A DNA stretch of 64,000 nt, taken from positions 1,241,006-1,305,005 of the forward strand of contig JBEPYO010000001.1 in assembly GCA_041641295.1 (NCBI GenBank), read 5' to 3'. The notes below the pieces were generated by a model. It was given only the letters and a program-made list of their open reading frames with translations. It had not been told where the DNA came from and ran no database searches. Within the stretch, counting starts at the first letter, position 1, and each line of letters opens with the position of its first letter. The translations under genes and the position numbers were made by a program. Below, one piece after another: positions 17,154 to 27,686 of the stretch. This stretch comes from Nitrososphaerota archaeon (GTDB taxonomy: Archaea; Thermoproteota; Nitrososphaeria_A; Caldarchaeales; Calditenuaceae).

Positions 17154-18176
17154 TTATGGCTTTTCCGCGGAGACCCTCTCCAGCGCGCCTAAGTTTAAGG
17201 TGACCTCGCAGATGTCGGAGCTGTATTCCGCGATTCGCCGTATGTCTTGGGCTAGCATGATGACCCCGACATCGGTCTCCCATTTCGCACCCTTTCTCCT
17301 CGTTATGTCCATGAGCAGGAGCTCAAACGCTTCAATCTTCCTCATTGCCTGGCGGGCTCTCGAGACGCTCCTCTCAAGTAACGCAGTTTTGGCCTCTGTG
17401 AAGAGGCTGCTGGCCTCGTAGCCGGCCCTTATTAGCTCGGGCGGTGGGGTCTTAGTCTGCCTCTCACCGACTAGGAAGTTGGCGATGGATGTTGCATGGT
17501 CGGCCGCTCTCTCGATTGTTTTAGCAGCTATGATGTATGATAGGCATTCTTGCGGGTTCTTGAGGCCGAGCGCTGCTAGTCTTCGAGGGCTTGAGATGCC
17601 TATGTTAAGTTGTCTAACGGCGAAGTGGTAGAACCTGTCCACGTCATAGTCCCTCTGGATGATGTCTTGGGCAAGTCCTTCATCATTATTCTCAATTGCG
17701 TATAGGGCATCCCTCTGCATGCTTGCGGCGAGGTCCGCCATCCTCTCGATAACCTTGACCGGCTGTAGGCTGTCATGGGTAGGCAAGCACTGTGTGACTA
17801 TCCCATGGAAGGTCTCACCAACGATCTCAACACCCACCAGCCACCTCCTCATCATCTCCTTCAACTCCTTCGTGTGCCTATAGCCAGTCTCCCCGAACTC
17901 AAGCCTAATGACGCTAAAACCTGCAATATACATTGAGAGGTAAAGCCGCAGCACATCCTCGGGGCCTGCATCAGCAGGAACCTTGACAACGGCCTCCTCT
18001 ACGGCCTCCTGCCCATCGAGGGCGGTCGGCCATATTATAAGCCCCCCACCGGGCTCCTCCATCAAGTAGAGCTCGTCATGGGGCTTCAGTCCAACCCTCC
18101 TAACCCACTCCTGTGGTAGCGAAACTATGAGGGTTGAGCCTCCTGTTTTCTGTACGCGGCGAGAGTAGACGGGCAT
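17154..18176 (-). CDS. AbrB/SpoVT-domain + PhoU-domain fusion, putative phosphate-uptake regulator
   Basis: 340 aa with an N-terminal swapped-hairpin domain (VQKTGGSTLIVSLPQEWVRRVGLKPHDELYL) followed by two PhoU repeats. It is divergent from pstS. Confidence 0.8.
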   Translation of the reverse strand: MPVYSRRVQKTGGSTLIVSLPQEWVRRVGLKPHDELYLMEEPGGGLIIWPTALDGQEAVEEAVVKVPADAGPEDVLRLYLSMYIAGFSVIRLEFGETGYRHTKELKEMMRRWLVGVEIVGETFHGIVTQCLPTHDSLQPVKVIERMADLAASMQRDALYAIENNDEGLAQDIIQRDYDVDRFYHFAVRQLNIGISSPRRLAALGLKNPQECLSYIIAAKTIERAADHATSIANFLVGERQTKTPPPELIRAGYEASSLFTEAKTALLERSVSRARQAMRKIEAFELLLMDITRRKGAKWETDVGVIMLAQDIRRIAEYSSDICEVTLNLGALERVSAEKP

Positions 18177-18203
18177 ACCGCTTCGAACTATTTAGTGGCG
18201 GTG

Positions 18204-18298
18204 TTTGAATATATAGGCTTTCCCGTCTTTTGACTCCTATATAGGAATGTGTAGATAAAATATTGAATATAGGTTTAGTTTAAATCGTCAATATAGCC
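18204..18298. promoter_or_regulatory. divergent pst/regulator promoter region with four ATATAG(G/C) motifs
   Basis: TTTGAATATATAGG (18204-18217), palindrome TCCTATATAGGA (18235-18246), TTGAATATAGG (18263-18273) and TCAATATAGCC (18288-18298). ATATAG starts at 18211, 18239, 18267 and 18292, giving spacings of 28, 28 and 25 nt. Confidence 0.5.
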
Positions 18299-18311
18299 TG
18301 TTAAGGTCGAG

Positions 18312-19385
18312 ATGATGTCACAGCCAAAAACGATTGGGCTAATCCTGACATTCTTACTTGTAGGCGGCGTAATAGGATACGTGGGAGGATGGTTCTCATC
18401 TAGCCCCTCATCAATAGTAACCGTCACAGAGAAAATAACGGTTACATCTGGGGGACAGACTCAGACCACCGGACAGCTTGCGGGTGAGATCATCATTGAT
18501 GGTTCCAGCACAGTGTATCCTATAACTGAGGCGGCTGCGGAGGCCTTCATGAATCTCTACCCCAATGTGAAGATATCTGTTGGGATATCGGGGACGGGGG
18601 GCGGGTTTAAGAGGTTTGTAGTAGGTGAGACGGACATCAACGACGCCTCTAGGCCCATTCTGAGGAGCGAGGCTGAGACCGCCCAGTCGAATGGCATAGA
18701 GTGGATAGAGGTTCCTGTCGCGATAGATGGCTTAGTGGTTGTGGTGAACAGGCAGAATGACTGGGTGGACTGTTTAACAATCTCGGAGCTTAAGAAGATC
18801 TGGGAGCCCGATAGCAAGGTATCAAAGTGGAGTGACATAAGACCCGAGTGGCCCAATGCACCCATACTGCTCTACGGCCCTGGACCCGACTCAGGTACTT
18901 TCGACTACTTCACCGAGAGGGTTGTGGGGAAGCTTAAGGCAAGTAGGACAGACTACATCGCCTCTGAGGACGACAACGTCTTAGTAGCTGGTGTAGAGGG
19001 GGAGAAGAATGCGCTGGGATACTTCGGCTACGCATATTATCCCCACGCGGCAGATAGGATCAGGATAGTACCCATACGTGATGATTTGAAGGAGGGGTCA
19101 GAGTGCGTAGTACCTACAGATGAGACGGTGGGCTCGTTTGTATATCCACTTGCGAGACCAATATTCATATACGTCAACAAGAAGGCATGGAACGAGAAGC
19201 CTTGGCTGAGAGAGTTCGTTATATTCTACCTCGAGAATGGGGAGAAGTTTGCGAAACAGGTGAGCTATACACCGTTCACTTCGCAGTACTATAAGTCTGC
19301 TGCCGCCCTACTAAGAGCCGGCGTAACCGACGGGCTGTACTCATTAACGTCCATAGTCGTGTGGAGGAACGCGGGTCCCCACTAG
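18312..19385 (+). CDS. pstS: phosphate ABC transporter substrate-binding protein PstS (membrane-anchored)
   Basis: 357 aa with an N-terminal TM anchor, then GSSTVYPITEAAAEAF, SGTGGGFKRF, and DYF/GYFGYAYY motifs. Confidence 0.9.
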   Translation: MMSQPKTIGLILTFLLVGGVIGYVGGWFSSSPSSIVTVTEKITVTSGGQTQTTGQLAGEIIIDGSSTVYPITEAAAEAFMNLYPNVKISVGISGTGGGFKRFVVGETDINDASRPILRSEAETAQSNGIEWIEVPVAIDGLVVVVNRQNDWVDCLTISELKKIWEPDSKVSKWSDIRPEWPNAPILLYGPGPDSGTFDYFTERVVGKLKASRTDYIASEDDNVLVAGVEGEKNALGYFGYAYYPHAADRIRIVPIRDDLKEGSECVVPTDETVGSFVYPLARPIFIYVNKKAWNEKPWLREFVIFYLENGEKFAKQVSYTPFTSQYYKSAAALLRAGVTDGLYSLTSIVVWRNAGPH

Positions 19386-19405
19386 TGTGAGAAGGTGGAT
19401 GCTTA

Positions 19406-20332
19406 ATGGTAGCTGAAACAACTAGTGTGGAGAAATTAAAGAGATCAATAGATAGGCGGAGATATATGGACAGGATTTTTTACATCCTCTTTCTTTTATC
19501 AACCCTTGTCTCTACGGCTGCACTTATAATCATCTTCGCAACATTGGGGCTTGAATCCTTCGGGTTCTTCGCTCATGTCTCAATAGTCGAATTTCTGACG
19601 AGTACCAAGTGGACTGTACTTTTCGCAGAAAAGCATTTCGGTGTTCTTCCACTTCTGAACGCGACCATTCTTACCTCGCTGATAGCCATCGCGGTAGCCG
19701 CACCCCTAGGAGTCATGATAGCATTATTCCTTAGCGAGTACGCCTCAGCGAATACGCGGTCAGTAGTTAAGCCACTGGTCGAGACGCTTGCAGGCATACC
19801 TACAGTCGTCTACGGATATTTCGCCCTCTACTTTGTAACACCTAATCTGCTGAAGCCCCTGTGGGAGGGATTGCAACTCCACAACGCTCTTGCGGTCGGG
19901 TTGATGATTGGCGTCTTGATAATCCCGATAGTGGCCTCCATCAGTGATGACGCCATGGCAGCTGTCCCCGCCGACCTCAGGCTAGCGGCATATGCTGTAG
20001 GCTCTAGGAAGTCTGACGTTGCGCTTAGAGTCGTTCTACCCGCAGCCCTCTCAGGCGTGTCAGCCTCGATAATACTTGCGTTTGCGAGGGCTATGGGTGA
20101 GACTATGATCGCCGCCATAGCTGGCGGGTTCAGGAGCATTTTAACCTTCAACATAGGCGAGAGCATGCAGACGATGACGGCATACATTGCACAGGTTGCA
20201 ACCGGTGACGCCCCGCACGGAACAATAGAATACCAGTCATTGTTCGCCGTCGGGCTATTCCTCCTAGTGATAACGGCCGTGTTAAACTACATAGGTATCA
20301 GGGTGGTTAGGAGATGGGCCATCAAGTATTGA
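19406..20332 (+). CDS. pstC: phosphate ABC transporter permease PstC
   Basis: 308 aa, polytopic, with EAA-like loop AAYAVGSRKSDVALRVVLPAA. Confidence 0.9.
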   Translation: MVAETTSVEKLKRSIDRRRYMDRIFYILFLLSTLVSTAALIIIFATLGLESFGFFAHVSIVEFLTSTKWTVLFAEKHFGVLPLLNATILTSLIAIAVAAPLGVMIALFLSEYASANTRSVVKPLVETLAGIPTVVYGYFALYFVTPNLLKPLWEGLQLHNALAVGLMIGVLIIPIVASISDDAMAAVPADLRLAAYAVGSRKSDVALRVVLPAALSGVSASIILAFARAMGETMIAAIAGGFRSILTFNIGESMQTMTAYIAQVATGDAPHGTIEYQSLFAVGLFLLVITAVLNYIGIRVVRRWAIKY

Positions 20333-21210
20333 CTGGCGCAGAGCGCCGTCATGCGAGGCTTAGGAAGTTCATTGACCGGGTGCTGCCCATAATTCTCAGC
20401 GTGGCTGTTTTCATAGCGGTCGCCACCGTAGCCTCCCTACTCCTCACAGTGATTATTACCGGCGGCCACAGGCTGTCATGGAACCTGATCCTCAACTATC
20501 CGTCAGCCAACCCTGAAGAGGCCGGTATGAGGTCTGCCATTCTGGGCAGCATATTCACTGTAGGCTTGTCTGCGCTTATATGCGTCCCCCTCAGCATAGC
20601 AACCGCGATCTATCTCGTGGAGTATTCGAGGGGAGGTAGGCTCTCCTCCCTCCTTCGCTACAACATTGCAAATTTGGCGGGTGTCCCATCAGTGGTCTTT
20701 GGAGTCGTAGCACTGGGCTTCCTAGCCTACTGGTTGGGAATGGGGCGGACAGTAATCACCGGAGCCTTCACGCTCGCCATCTTGACGCTACCCCTAGTGA
20801 CCGTGACTTGTGTCGAGGCATTGAAGGCTGTTCCCGACGATCTACGGTTGGGTGCATATGCTCTCGGAGCTACGACTCTTCAAGTCGTTAGGCGCATCTC
20901 CCTCCCTAGGGCTCTACCCATGATGCTGACGGGCGGGATACTAGGCATAAGCAGAGCCCTAGGCGAGGCTGCTCCAATACTAGTTGTGAGTGGCATACTC
21001 TTCATAAGAGAGGACCCAACCTCACTCTTCAGCAAATTTACAGTCATGCCGCTCCAGCTCTACAACTGGATAAGCAGGCCACAGCCAGCCTTCATAGAAC
21101 TCTCATCCGCCGGAATTATCATCCTGCTGCTGATACTATTAGCGCTCAACGGCGTCGCCATCGCTTTGAGACAGTATTTGATGAGGAGGATTGGGCAGAC
21201 TTGGCGATAG
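20314..21210 (+). CDS. pstA: phosphate ABC transporter permease PstA
   Basis: 298 aa with [23 protein letters not shown]. It overlaps the pstC end. Confidence 0.9.
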   Translation: MGHQVLTGAERRHARLRKFIDRVLPIILSVAVFIAVATVASLLLTVIITGGHRLSWNLILNYPSANPEEAGMRSAILGSIFTVGLSALICVPLSIATAIYLVEYSRGGRLSSLLRYNIANLAGVPSVVFGVVALGFLAYWLGMGRTVITGAFTLAILTLPLVTVTCVEALKAVPDDLRLGAYALGATTLQVVRRISLPRALPMMLTGGILGISRALGEAAPILVVSGILFIREDPTSLFSKFTVMPLQLYNWISRPQPAFIELSSAGIIILLLILLALNGVAIALRQYLMRRIGQTWR

Positions 21211-22049
21211 AGTCATATAATCAGTTACTCAGGGACTATGTGGAGCTAGGTAAGGAGGAGATGGCAGATATATCTGGCCCTGAGGTCGTGAGGGTGGAGA
21301 ACCTTAGAGTAGACTATGGGGGCAAAACAGCCATTGACGGCATAAACATATCATTCAAACGTAACAACATCACAGCAATCATAGGGCCGTCGGGCTGCGG
21401 CAAATCAACCCTCCTAAGATCGATAAACCGTATGAACGACCTCATCCCAGGCGCCAAGGTAACCGGTAAAGTATACTTTAACGGAATTGATATTTACTCA
21501 CGAGATGTGGATCCAGTCTTTATACGTTCTAGGATTGGAATGGTCTTCCAGCGTCCGAACCCCTTCCCCTTCAGCATATTCGACAATGTTGCTTTTGGTC
21601 TGAGGGTTAATGGCTTCAAGCTCTCGAAGTCAGAGCTTTATGAGAAGGTGAAGGATGCGCTGGTCAAGGCGGCTCTGTGGGATGAGGTTAAGGACAGGCT
21701 GGACAAGCACGCGTACAGCCTGTCGGGTGGGCAGCAGCAGAGGCTATGTATCGCGCGCGCATTGGCCGTAGACCCTGAGGTGTTGCTGCTCGACGAGCCC
21801 ACAGTCTCGCTCGACCCCATCTCCACTGCGCGTATCGAGTCTCTGCTCCGCTCAATCAAGGACGAGTACACAATAATAATAGTCACACACAATATGCTTC
21901 AGGCTGCGCGTGTCTCGGACTACACAGCCGTCATGATGCCCGATGAAAACATGGTGGGCCGGATAATCGAGTTCGGGGAGACTAGACAGATCTTCACAAA
22001 CCCTCGGGATAAGAGGACTGAGGACTACATCAGTGGGCGTATAGGGTGA
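21201..22049 (+). CDS. pstB: phosphate ABC transporter ATP-binding protein PstB
   Basis: 282 aa with [24 protein letters not shown] and [12 protein letters not shown]. Confidence 0.95.
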   Translation: MAIESYNQLLRDYVELGKEEMADISGPEVVRVENLRVDYGGKTAIDGINISFKRNNITAIIGPSGCGKSTLLRSINRMNDLIPGAKVTGKVYFNGIDIYSRDVDPVFIRSRIGMVFQRPNPFPFSIFDNVAFGLRVNGFKLSKSELYEKVKDALVKAALWDEVKDRLDKHAYSLSGGQQQRLCIARALAVDPEVLLLDEPTVSLDPISTARIESLLRSIKDEYTIIIVTHNMLQAARVSDYTAVMMPDENMVGRIIEFGETRQIFTNPRDKRTEDYISGRIG

Positions 22050-22058
22050 GGAGAGGGT

Positions 22059-22694
22059 TTGAGCAGGATACTCGATATGGGGCTTCAGCTACTTACTCGG
22101 CGTCTAGAGGAGATGTTCAACATCGGCATAAACTCTTTCTACAAGAGTATCGACGGGCTACTGCAGTACAGAGACGTTGAGAATGAGGTCTTTGAGTCTG
22201 CGAAGAGGCTAAGGGACCTGCACGAAGAGATTAGTGAAATTGCTACGGAGCTTATAGCTAGGTATCAGCCAGTCGCTAAAGATCTAAGATACATCCGCTC
22301 CTGCCTCAATATTTCGTACGACATTCTTAGGATGGGGCGATACGCCCTAGAGATAACTAGGAGCAGTCGGATGCTCGGCTCTCTCCTTGAATGCGACCTT
22401 ACACCAATCTCGGAGGCCAGCGAGGTTATTGGCCAGATGCTTAAGAACGCCCTCCAAGCACTCCAAGAGCTAAATGTGGATATGGCCAAGAAGGTTAAGG
22501 AGATGGATGAGAGGATAGACGAGATTTATCGGGAGAGGATTAAGGCAATAACACTCGAGAGAAACGGCTCGCGGGAGTGTGATGTAGCAATCGTCCTGAC
22601 GCTCAGGAATCTCGAGAGGATTGCAGACCACGCCACCTACATTTGCGATGCTGTGGAGTATATCGTCACGGGCGCCCTGAGGCATCGCGAGTAG
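22059..22694 (+). CDS. phoU: phosphate transport system regulator PhoU
   Basis: 211 aa with two PhoU repeats (RMGRYALEI, LERIADHATYICD). It is the last gene of the pst operon. Confidence 0.9.
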   Translation: MSRILDMGLQLLTRRLEEMFNIGINSFYKSIDGLLQYRDVENEVFESAKRLRDLHEEISEIATELIARYQPVAKDLRYIRSCLNISYDILRMGRYALEITRSSRMLGSLLECDLTPISEASEVIGQMLKNALQALQELNVDMAKKVKEMDERIDEIYRERIKAITLERNGSRECDVAIVLTLRNLERIADHATYICDAVEYIVTGALRHRE

Positions 22695-23649
22695 CCCTGA
22701 CCTGCGAGAGCTTAGCTAAGAGAATGGAGGCTACAGCCGCGTCTTGTGCTGCTGTACCAACTGTCTTAAAGACGGTAACCTCATCATTGTTGACACGGCC
22801 AGCCTTTCTTCCAGCTATTATCTCCCCAATCTCAGCATACACGTCCTCCCACCTCATCAGGCCCGACTTGACTGCCTGAATTATCTCCCCCGCCTCCTCC
22901 TTGGCCGCGGCTAGCGAGTCAACAACAACTTTGCTGGATGCCAGTAGCCGCGGGTCTATCTCGGCCATTTCAGGGGTGTAGGCCCCTATAGCCGAGATAT
23001 GTGTTCCGGGTCTCACCCACTCCTTCAAGACTACGGGTGTCTTGCTCGTGGTGGCGGTTATAATGACGTCGCAGGACCTGACTAGGGTCTCGGCAGAGCC
23101 GCATATCTCCACCTCTACCCCGGTCTTCTCTCGCATCTCCTCGGCGAACCTCTCGGCCCTATCTCTATATACGTCGAAAGCGTAGACTCTTTCCGGCTTC
23201 ATCACTCGGTGTGTTATGGAGAGCTGCCAGCGGGCTTGGTATCCGCAGCCTATGATTCCCAGGCTTGATGCATCGCTCCTAGCTAAGTATTTTACGGAGA
23301 GGGCGGTGGCGGCCGCAGTCCTTAAGCCTGTTAGGGCCCGCGCCTCAGCGACCAGCTTGGGGATACCGTCCGCAGGATCAACTGCCACGACTACGGCGTT
23401 GGTGGTCGGTAAACCCTTCTCAATATTGCCCGGATATACTGAGACGACCTTGAGGGAGAAAACCTTCAGACTTGGAGCAAGACACGGCATTAAAAGTATG
23501 TCCCCTACTCCTTGAACACTAATCCTGTTCCGGGGCGGCATAACGACCTCGCCGAGGCTGAGTGCTTTAAACGCCTCGGCAACAGAGCTCAGCAGCTCCT
23601 CCACCGATACAAGAGCCTCAACATCGCTATCACTGAGTGTTGCGACCAT
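22666..23649 (-). CDS. ornithine cyclodeaminase / mu-crystallin family protein (archaeal alanine dehydrogenase-like)
   Basis: 327 aa with Rossmann motif GIIGCGYQARWQL and family-typical AIGAYTPEMAEID and FKTVGTAAQD. Confidence 0.8.
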   Translation of the reverse strand: MVATLSDSDVEALVSVEELLSSVAEAFKALSLGEVVMPPRNRISVQGVGDILLMPCLAPSLKVFSLKVVSVYPGNIEKGLPTTNAVVVAVDPADGIPKLVAEARALTGLRTAAATALSVKYLARSDASSLGIIGCGYQARWQLSITHRVMKPERVYAFDVYRDRAERFAEEMREKTGVEVEICGSAETLVRSCDVIITATTSKTPVVLKEWVRPGTHISAIGAYTPEMAEIDPRLLASSKVVVDSLAAAKEEAGEIIQAVKSGLMRWEDVYAEIGEIIAGRKAGRVNNDEVTVFKTVGTAAQDAAVASILLAKLSQVRATRDASGRP

Positions 23650-23810
23650 ATACCCTCCAGCAGCGAGTCTCAGGCTAGGTATATAGAGTTTAAGAACCCC
23701 ATCAAGTATAATACTGATAATCGCTAAAATCTACCCTTCCTGCGCGAAACTTTAAAAGCAGAGTCCCAAGAGGTATAGTGGTATCCTTGTCCACGGATAT
23801 ATCGCTGAAG

Positions 23811-24044
23811 ATGCTGGCAAGGTCGCTTGGAGGTACTGTGCTGGTTAAGCTGCGAAACGGCCGAGCAATACGAGGCCAGCTCAAAGGATACGACCAACAC
23901 ATGAACCTCGTCCTAGAGGGCGCAGAGGAGATAAGGGGCGAGAACAACTCGGTCAAGCTAGGACTCATAGTTGTGAGGGGGGACAACATAGTTATGATCT
24001 CCCCCTCGCAGATAAAACAGGAAGAGGAGGTTAGCGGCGCATGA
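23811..24044 (+). CDS. Sm-like archaeal protein (SmAP/LSm)
   Basis: Sm1/Sm2 motifs [26 protein letters not shown]...[13 protein letters not shown] 23811 is preferred over GTG 23778. Its stop overlaps the L37e ATG. Confidence 0.9.
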   Translation: MLARSLGGTVLVKLRNGRAIRGQLKGYDQHMNLVLEGAEEIRGENNSVKLGLIVVRGDNIVMISPSQIKQEEEVSGA

Positions 24045-24214
24045 AGGGAACACCCTCAATGGGTAAGTTTAAGACGCCGACGCATGGGCGCTGCAGGAGG
24101 TGTGGTAGACGCTCATTCAACTATAGGCGTGGTAGGTGTGGACACTGTGGGTTTGGAGCTACGAAGAAGTGGCGCAGCTATAGGTGGCTGAAAAGCCTTA
24201 AGGAGCGTCTCTGA
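24041..24214 (+). CDS. rpl37e: 50S ribosomal protein L37e (eL37)
   Basis: 57 aa, not in the ORF track (under 60 aa): [49 protein letters not shown]. It is a C4 zinc ribbon. The Sm-L37e pair is conserved. Confidence 0.9.
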   Translation: MKGTPSMGKFKTPTHGRCRRCGRRSFNYRRGRCGHCGFGATKKWRSYRWLKSLKERL

Positions 24215-24222
24215 GAATAGAG

Positions 24223-26982
24223 CTAAGCGGCGGCCTTTTCGCTAAGAATCTTCCTTACAACGTAGGGGAGAATGCCTCCATGCTTATAGTACTCTATCTC
24301 TATTGGTGTGTCGAGTCTGAGTATTGTCTCGAATGTAATGGAGGTCCCATCTCCCCGCCGCGCAGTAACTCTGACACGCTTCCTCGGCTGTAGCTGGCCT
24401 ATCTCAATATCGTAGACCTCGGAGCCCGTGAGGCCAAGGCTCCTCCAGCTGACGCCGTCCAAGAATTGGAGAGGAAGCACCCCCATACCCACCAAGTTGC
24501 TCCTGTGAATCCTCTCGAAACTCTCAGCTATCACAGCCCTAACGCCGAGAAGCCTAACACCCTTTGCGGCCCAGTCCCTCGAACTCCCGGCCCCATACTG
24601 CTTCCCCGCGATGATTATCAGCGGCACCCCCTCCTCCCTATACTTCATAGCCGCGTCGTAGACAGTCATCTTGGTCCCGTCGGGATAGTGTATTGTCCAC
24701 CACCCCTCACCATCCGGTAGAAGGTAGTTTCTTAGACGGTGGTTTGCGAGGGTCCCACGAATCATGACCTCGTGATTCCCCCTCCTCGAGCCATAAGTGT
24801 TGAAGTCTGTGGGATCTACTCCTAGGCTCTTCAGGTAGAGTCCAGCGGGGCTGTTGGGGGGTATTGCACCGGCTGGTGAGATGTGGTCTGTCGTTACGCG
24901 GTCTCCGAGGAGGACTAGTACGCGCGCGCCCCTTATGTCGCCTGGCGGGGTGGGCTCCCTCTGGAAGTTTTCGAAGTATGGGGGCTTCCTGATGTATGTG
25001 GAGGTGGGGTCCCAGTTATAGGTGGGGCTCTGCGGCGCTTTCAGCTCCTCCCACTCGCCAACGCCGCTAAATATCTCGCCATACCTTTTCCTGAACATCT
25101 CTGTCCTGATGCTCGACTCCATTATTCTTCTAATCTCATGCCTGTCCGGCCAAATATCCTTCAGGAAGACTGGCCTGCCGTCTCTGCCCACTCCGAGTGG
25201 CTCTGAGTAAAAGTCAACATCTATCCTACCGGCCAGCGCATACGCCACAACCAGTATGGGCGAGGTCAGGAAGCTTGCCTTGACAGAGGGGTGTATCCTA
25301 CCCTCAAAATTCCTGTTACCACTCAGTACTGCCACTGTGAAGAGGTCTCTCTTCTTTATCTCTGCCTCAACCTCCGGGAGTAGCGGTCCACTGTTTCCAA
25401 TGCAGGTGGTGCATCCATAGCCCACAACCTCGAACCCGAGCTCGGCCAAATAGGGAAGGAGACCGGCCGCCTCGAGATAATCAGTAACGACTGCGGAGCC
25501 TGGTGCGAGGCTGGTCTTCACATAGGGCTTCCGTCTCAGCCCCTTCTGGACAGCGTTCCTAGCGAGTAGGCCCGCGCCTATCATGACCTCGGGGTTGGAG
25601 GTGTTTGTGCAGCTGGTTATCGCGGCTATCACTACCGCACCATCTGAGATCTCTATCTCTTCGCCACCAATCCTAACCCTCCCAGCCATACCACCAGATA
25701 CGGGGTGGGTGCCACTCGACCCTCCCTCACTATGCCAGACCCCCAGCCGATTCTCAGAAGCAGCTATAACCGGTTTAGCCTTCCTCAAAATATCCAGCAC
25801 AATCTTCTTCGCCTCCCTAAGCCTTATCCTGTCCTCCGGGTTTGCGGGCCCGGCTATGGAGGGCTCTATCGCGCTCAAATCAATCTCAACGACATCGCTA
25901 TACCTAGCCCCACGTTCGTAGTCCGTTGTGAAGAGGCCCTGAAGCTCAGTATAGCGTCTGACCAGTTGTATGTGTGCCTCATCCCTCCCAGTCATCCTAA
26001 GGTAGCTGAGTGTTTGCTCGTCTATGGGGAAGAGGCCTACAGTTGCGCCGTACTCGGGGGCCATGTTTGAGACCGTGGCCCTGTCGGGGACGCTCAGCTT
26101 AGCCACTCCGGGGCCGAAAAACTCGACGAACTTGCCGACCACGCCTTTCCGCCTAAGTGTCTCCGTCACAGTCAGCACGAGATCTGTGGCTGTGGCTGGG
26201 GGCTGAAGCTCACCGACTAGCCGTACTCCAACGACCTCAGGGACGCTCATGTAGTAGGGCTGGCCAAGCATGACTGCCTCAGCCTCAATCCCTCCAACCC
26301 CCCAGCCCAAGACCCCGAGGCCATTTACCATGGGTGTGTGCGAGTCTGTTCCCAGAAGTGTGTCGGGGTAGGCCGCCAGCCCGTCGGCCTCCTTTCTAAC
26401 CTCCACTACTCTAGCCAAGCTCTCAAGATTGACCTGATGGACAATCCCCCTCCCAGGAGGAACAACATAAAAGTTCTTGAACGCGTTTTGAGCCCACTTC
26501 AGTAGCACATATCTCTCCCTGTTCCTCGCGAACTCTAGCGCGAGGTTCTTCCAGTAGGCATCCTTCACCCCGAAGTAGTCAACCTGGATTGAGTGGTCGA
26601 CGACTAGGTGTGTCGGTATTGTTGGATTGACCCGTGAAGCGTCTCCGCCGAGACTGTGAACCACCTCCCGCATCGCGGCAAGATCGACGATTAGTGGGAC
26701 TCCGGTGAAGTCTTGTAATAGGACGCGAGATGGCATAAACGGTATCTCCGAATCGCCCCCAGCCCTACCCTCACCTACAGCCTTCACGTCATCGAGAGAA
26801 GCTATCCCCGCGCCAGCACTCCTAGCAACATTCTCCAGAAGAATCTTCAGGCTCAACGGCATAGTGTCCAAGCTCTTAGCCAGACCAACTTCCTCGAGCA
26901 TGGAAAGACTGTAATAGTAAGCCTCACCTAACGGCGTAGGTATACTCTTCCTAACCTCCCTGATCTCCTTCCTAGAACTCAT
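24223..26982 (-). CDS. acnA: aconitate hydratase (AcnA/IRP type)
   Basis: 919 aa with LLGTDSHTPM, ITSCTNTSNP, CTTCIGNSG and GSSRDWAAKG. Confidence 0.95.
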   Translation of the reverse strand: MSSRKEIREVRKSIPTPLGEAYYYSLSMLEEVGLAKSLDTMPLSLKILLENVARSAGAGIASLDDVKAVGEGRAGGDSEIPFMPSRVLLQDFTGVPLIVDLAAMREVVHSLGGDASRVNPTIPTHLVVDHSIQVDYFGVKDAYWKNLALEFARNRERYVLLKWAQNAFKNFYVVPPGRGIVHQVNLESLARVVEVRKEADGLAAYPDTLLGTDSHTPMVNGLGVLGWGVGGIEAEAVMLGQPYYMSVPEVVGVRLVGELQPPATATDLVLTVTETLRRKGVVGKFVEFFGPGVAKLSVPDRATVSNMAPEYGATVGLFPIDEQTLSYLRMTGRDEAHIQLVRRYTELQGLFTTDYERGARYSDVVEIDLSAIEPSIAGPANPEDRIRLREAKKIVLDILRKAKPVIAASENRLGVWHSEGGSSGTHPVSGGMAGRVRIGGEEIEISDGAVVIAAITSCTNTSNPEVMIGAGLLARNAVQKGLRRKPYVKTSLAPGSAVVTDYLEAAGLLPYLAELGFEVVGYGCTTCIGNSGPLLPEVEAEIKKRDLFTVAVLSGNRNFEGRIHPSVKASFLTSPILVVAYALAGRIDVDFYSEPLGVGRDGRPVFLKDIWPDRHEIRRIMESSIRTEMFRKRYGEIFSGVGEWEELKAPQSPTYNWDPTSTYIRKPPYFENFQREPTPPGDIRGARVLVLLGDRVTTDHISPAGAIPPNSPAGLYLKSLGVDPTDFNTYGSRRGNHEVMIRGTLANHRLRNYLLPDGEGWWTIHYPDGTKMTVYDAAMKYREEGVPLIIIAGKQYGAGSSRDWAAKGVRLLGVRAVIAESFERIHRSNLVGMGVLPLQFLDGVSWRSLGLTGSEVYDIEIGQLQPRKRVRVTARRGDGTSITFETILRLDTPIEIEYYKHGGILPYVVRKILSEKAAA

Positions 26983-27041
26983 GCTTCTGTCTCGTGCAGA
27001 GATTGACTAGCTGGGTTTTTAACCTTGGTTTTAAACCCGGC

Positions 27042-27563
27042 TTAAATGCGCGCTACATGCACCATGTGGGGCAGCTCCGGCCCTATCAGCTTGAGGGCCG
27101 TCTCCACCGCCTCGGGGGAGCCGGGCAGGGCGAGTATTATGGAGCCTGAGATAACGCCGGCGAGGCATCTCGAAAGCGCGGCGTGAAACCCTATCCTCTT
27201 ATAGCTTTCAAGCCTGAAGATCTCTCCCACACCCTCAATCTCCTTCTCTAGGAGGGGTCTCACAGCCTCTACGCTAACGTCTCTCCTCGATATGCCCGTC
27301 CCGCCTATCACCGCCACTACATCGTAGCCCTCAGCCAATGCTTGGGCTAGCTTAGCCCTTATGCCTAGTATCTCGTCGCCAACAAGGCCTAGGTGCTCAA
27401 CCTCATGGCCCAGCTCCTCCAAAACCCTTCGCGCCACCTCTGATGAATCATCCACGTACGGCTCACCCCTCACCATAGCCTGATAGCGAGAGGTGCTAGA
27501 CCTTATGATCGCTATTCTAAGCCTCTTCGGTGCCGCTGATCTATGCGACTCCGCGGCAGACAC
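27042..27563 (-). CDS. moaB: molybdenum cofactor biosynthesis protein B (MoaB/Mog family)
   Basis: 173 aa with VIGGTGISRRDVSVEA and the MogA/MoaB fold pattern. Confidence 0.85.
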   Translation of the reverse strand: MSAAESHRSAAPKRLRIAIIRSSTSRYQAMVRGEPYVDDSSEVARRVLEELGHEVEHLGLVGDEILGIRAKLAQALAEGYDVVAVIGGTGISRRDVSVEAVRPLLEKEIEGVGEIFRLESYKRIGFHAALSRCLAGVISGSIILALPGSPEAVETALKLIGPELPHMVHVARI

Positions 27564-27686
27564 AAATGTATCACATCGAGGGCGAGTAATAAGAGTAGAG
27601 TGGTGCTGCTCTGCCGAACACCGGTTTGGATATTGTGTTGGATTATGGTTTATATCCTGCCTGGGTGGATTCTCGTCAGGTGATCT

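Noticed and set aside
17119-17283. N-terminal 55-aa extension of the GH51 ORF
   Set aside because: It overlaps the upstream AbrB-PhoU gene by 130 nt and is an Arg/His-rich non-homologous sequence. The in-frame GTG 17118 precedes the conserved AKIWVD...FGQFIEHLGR start.
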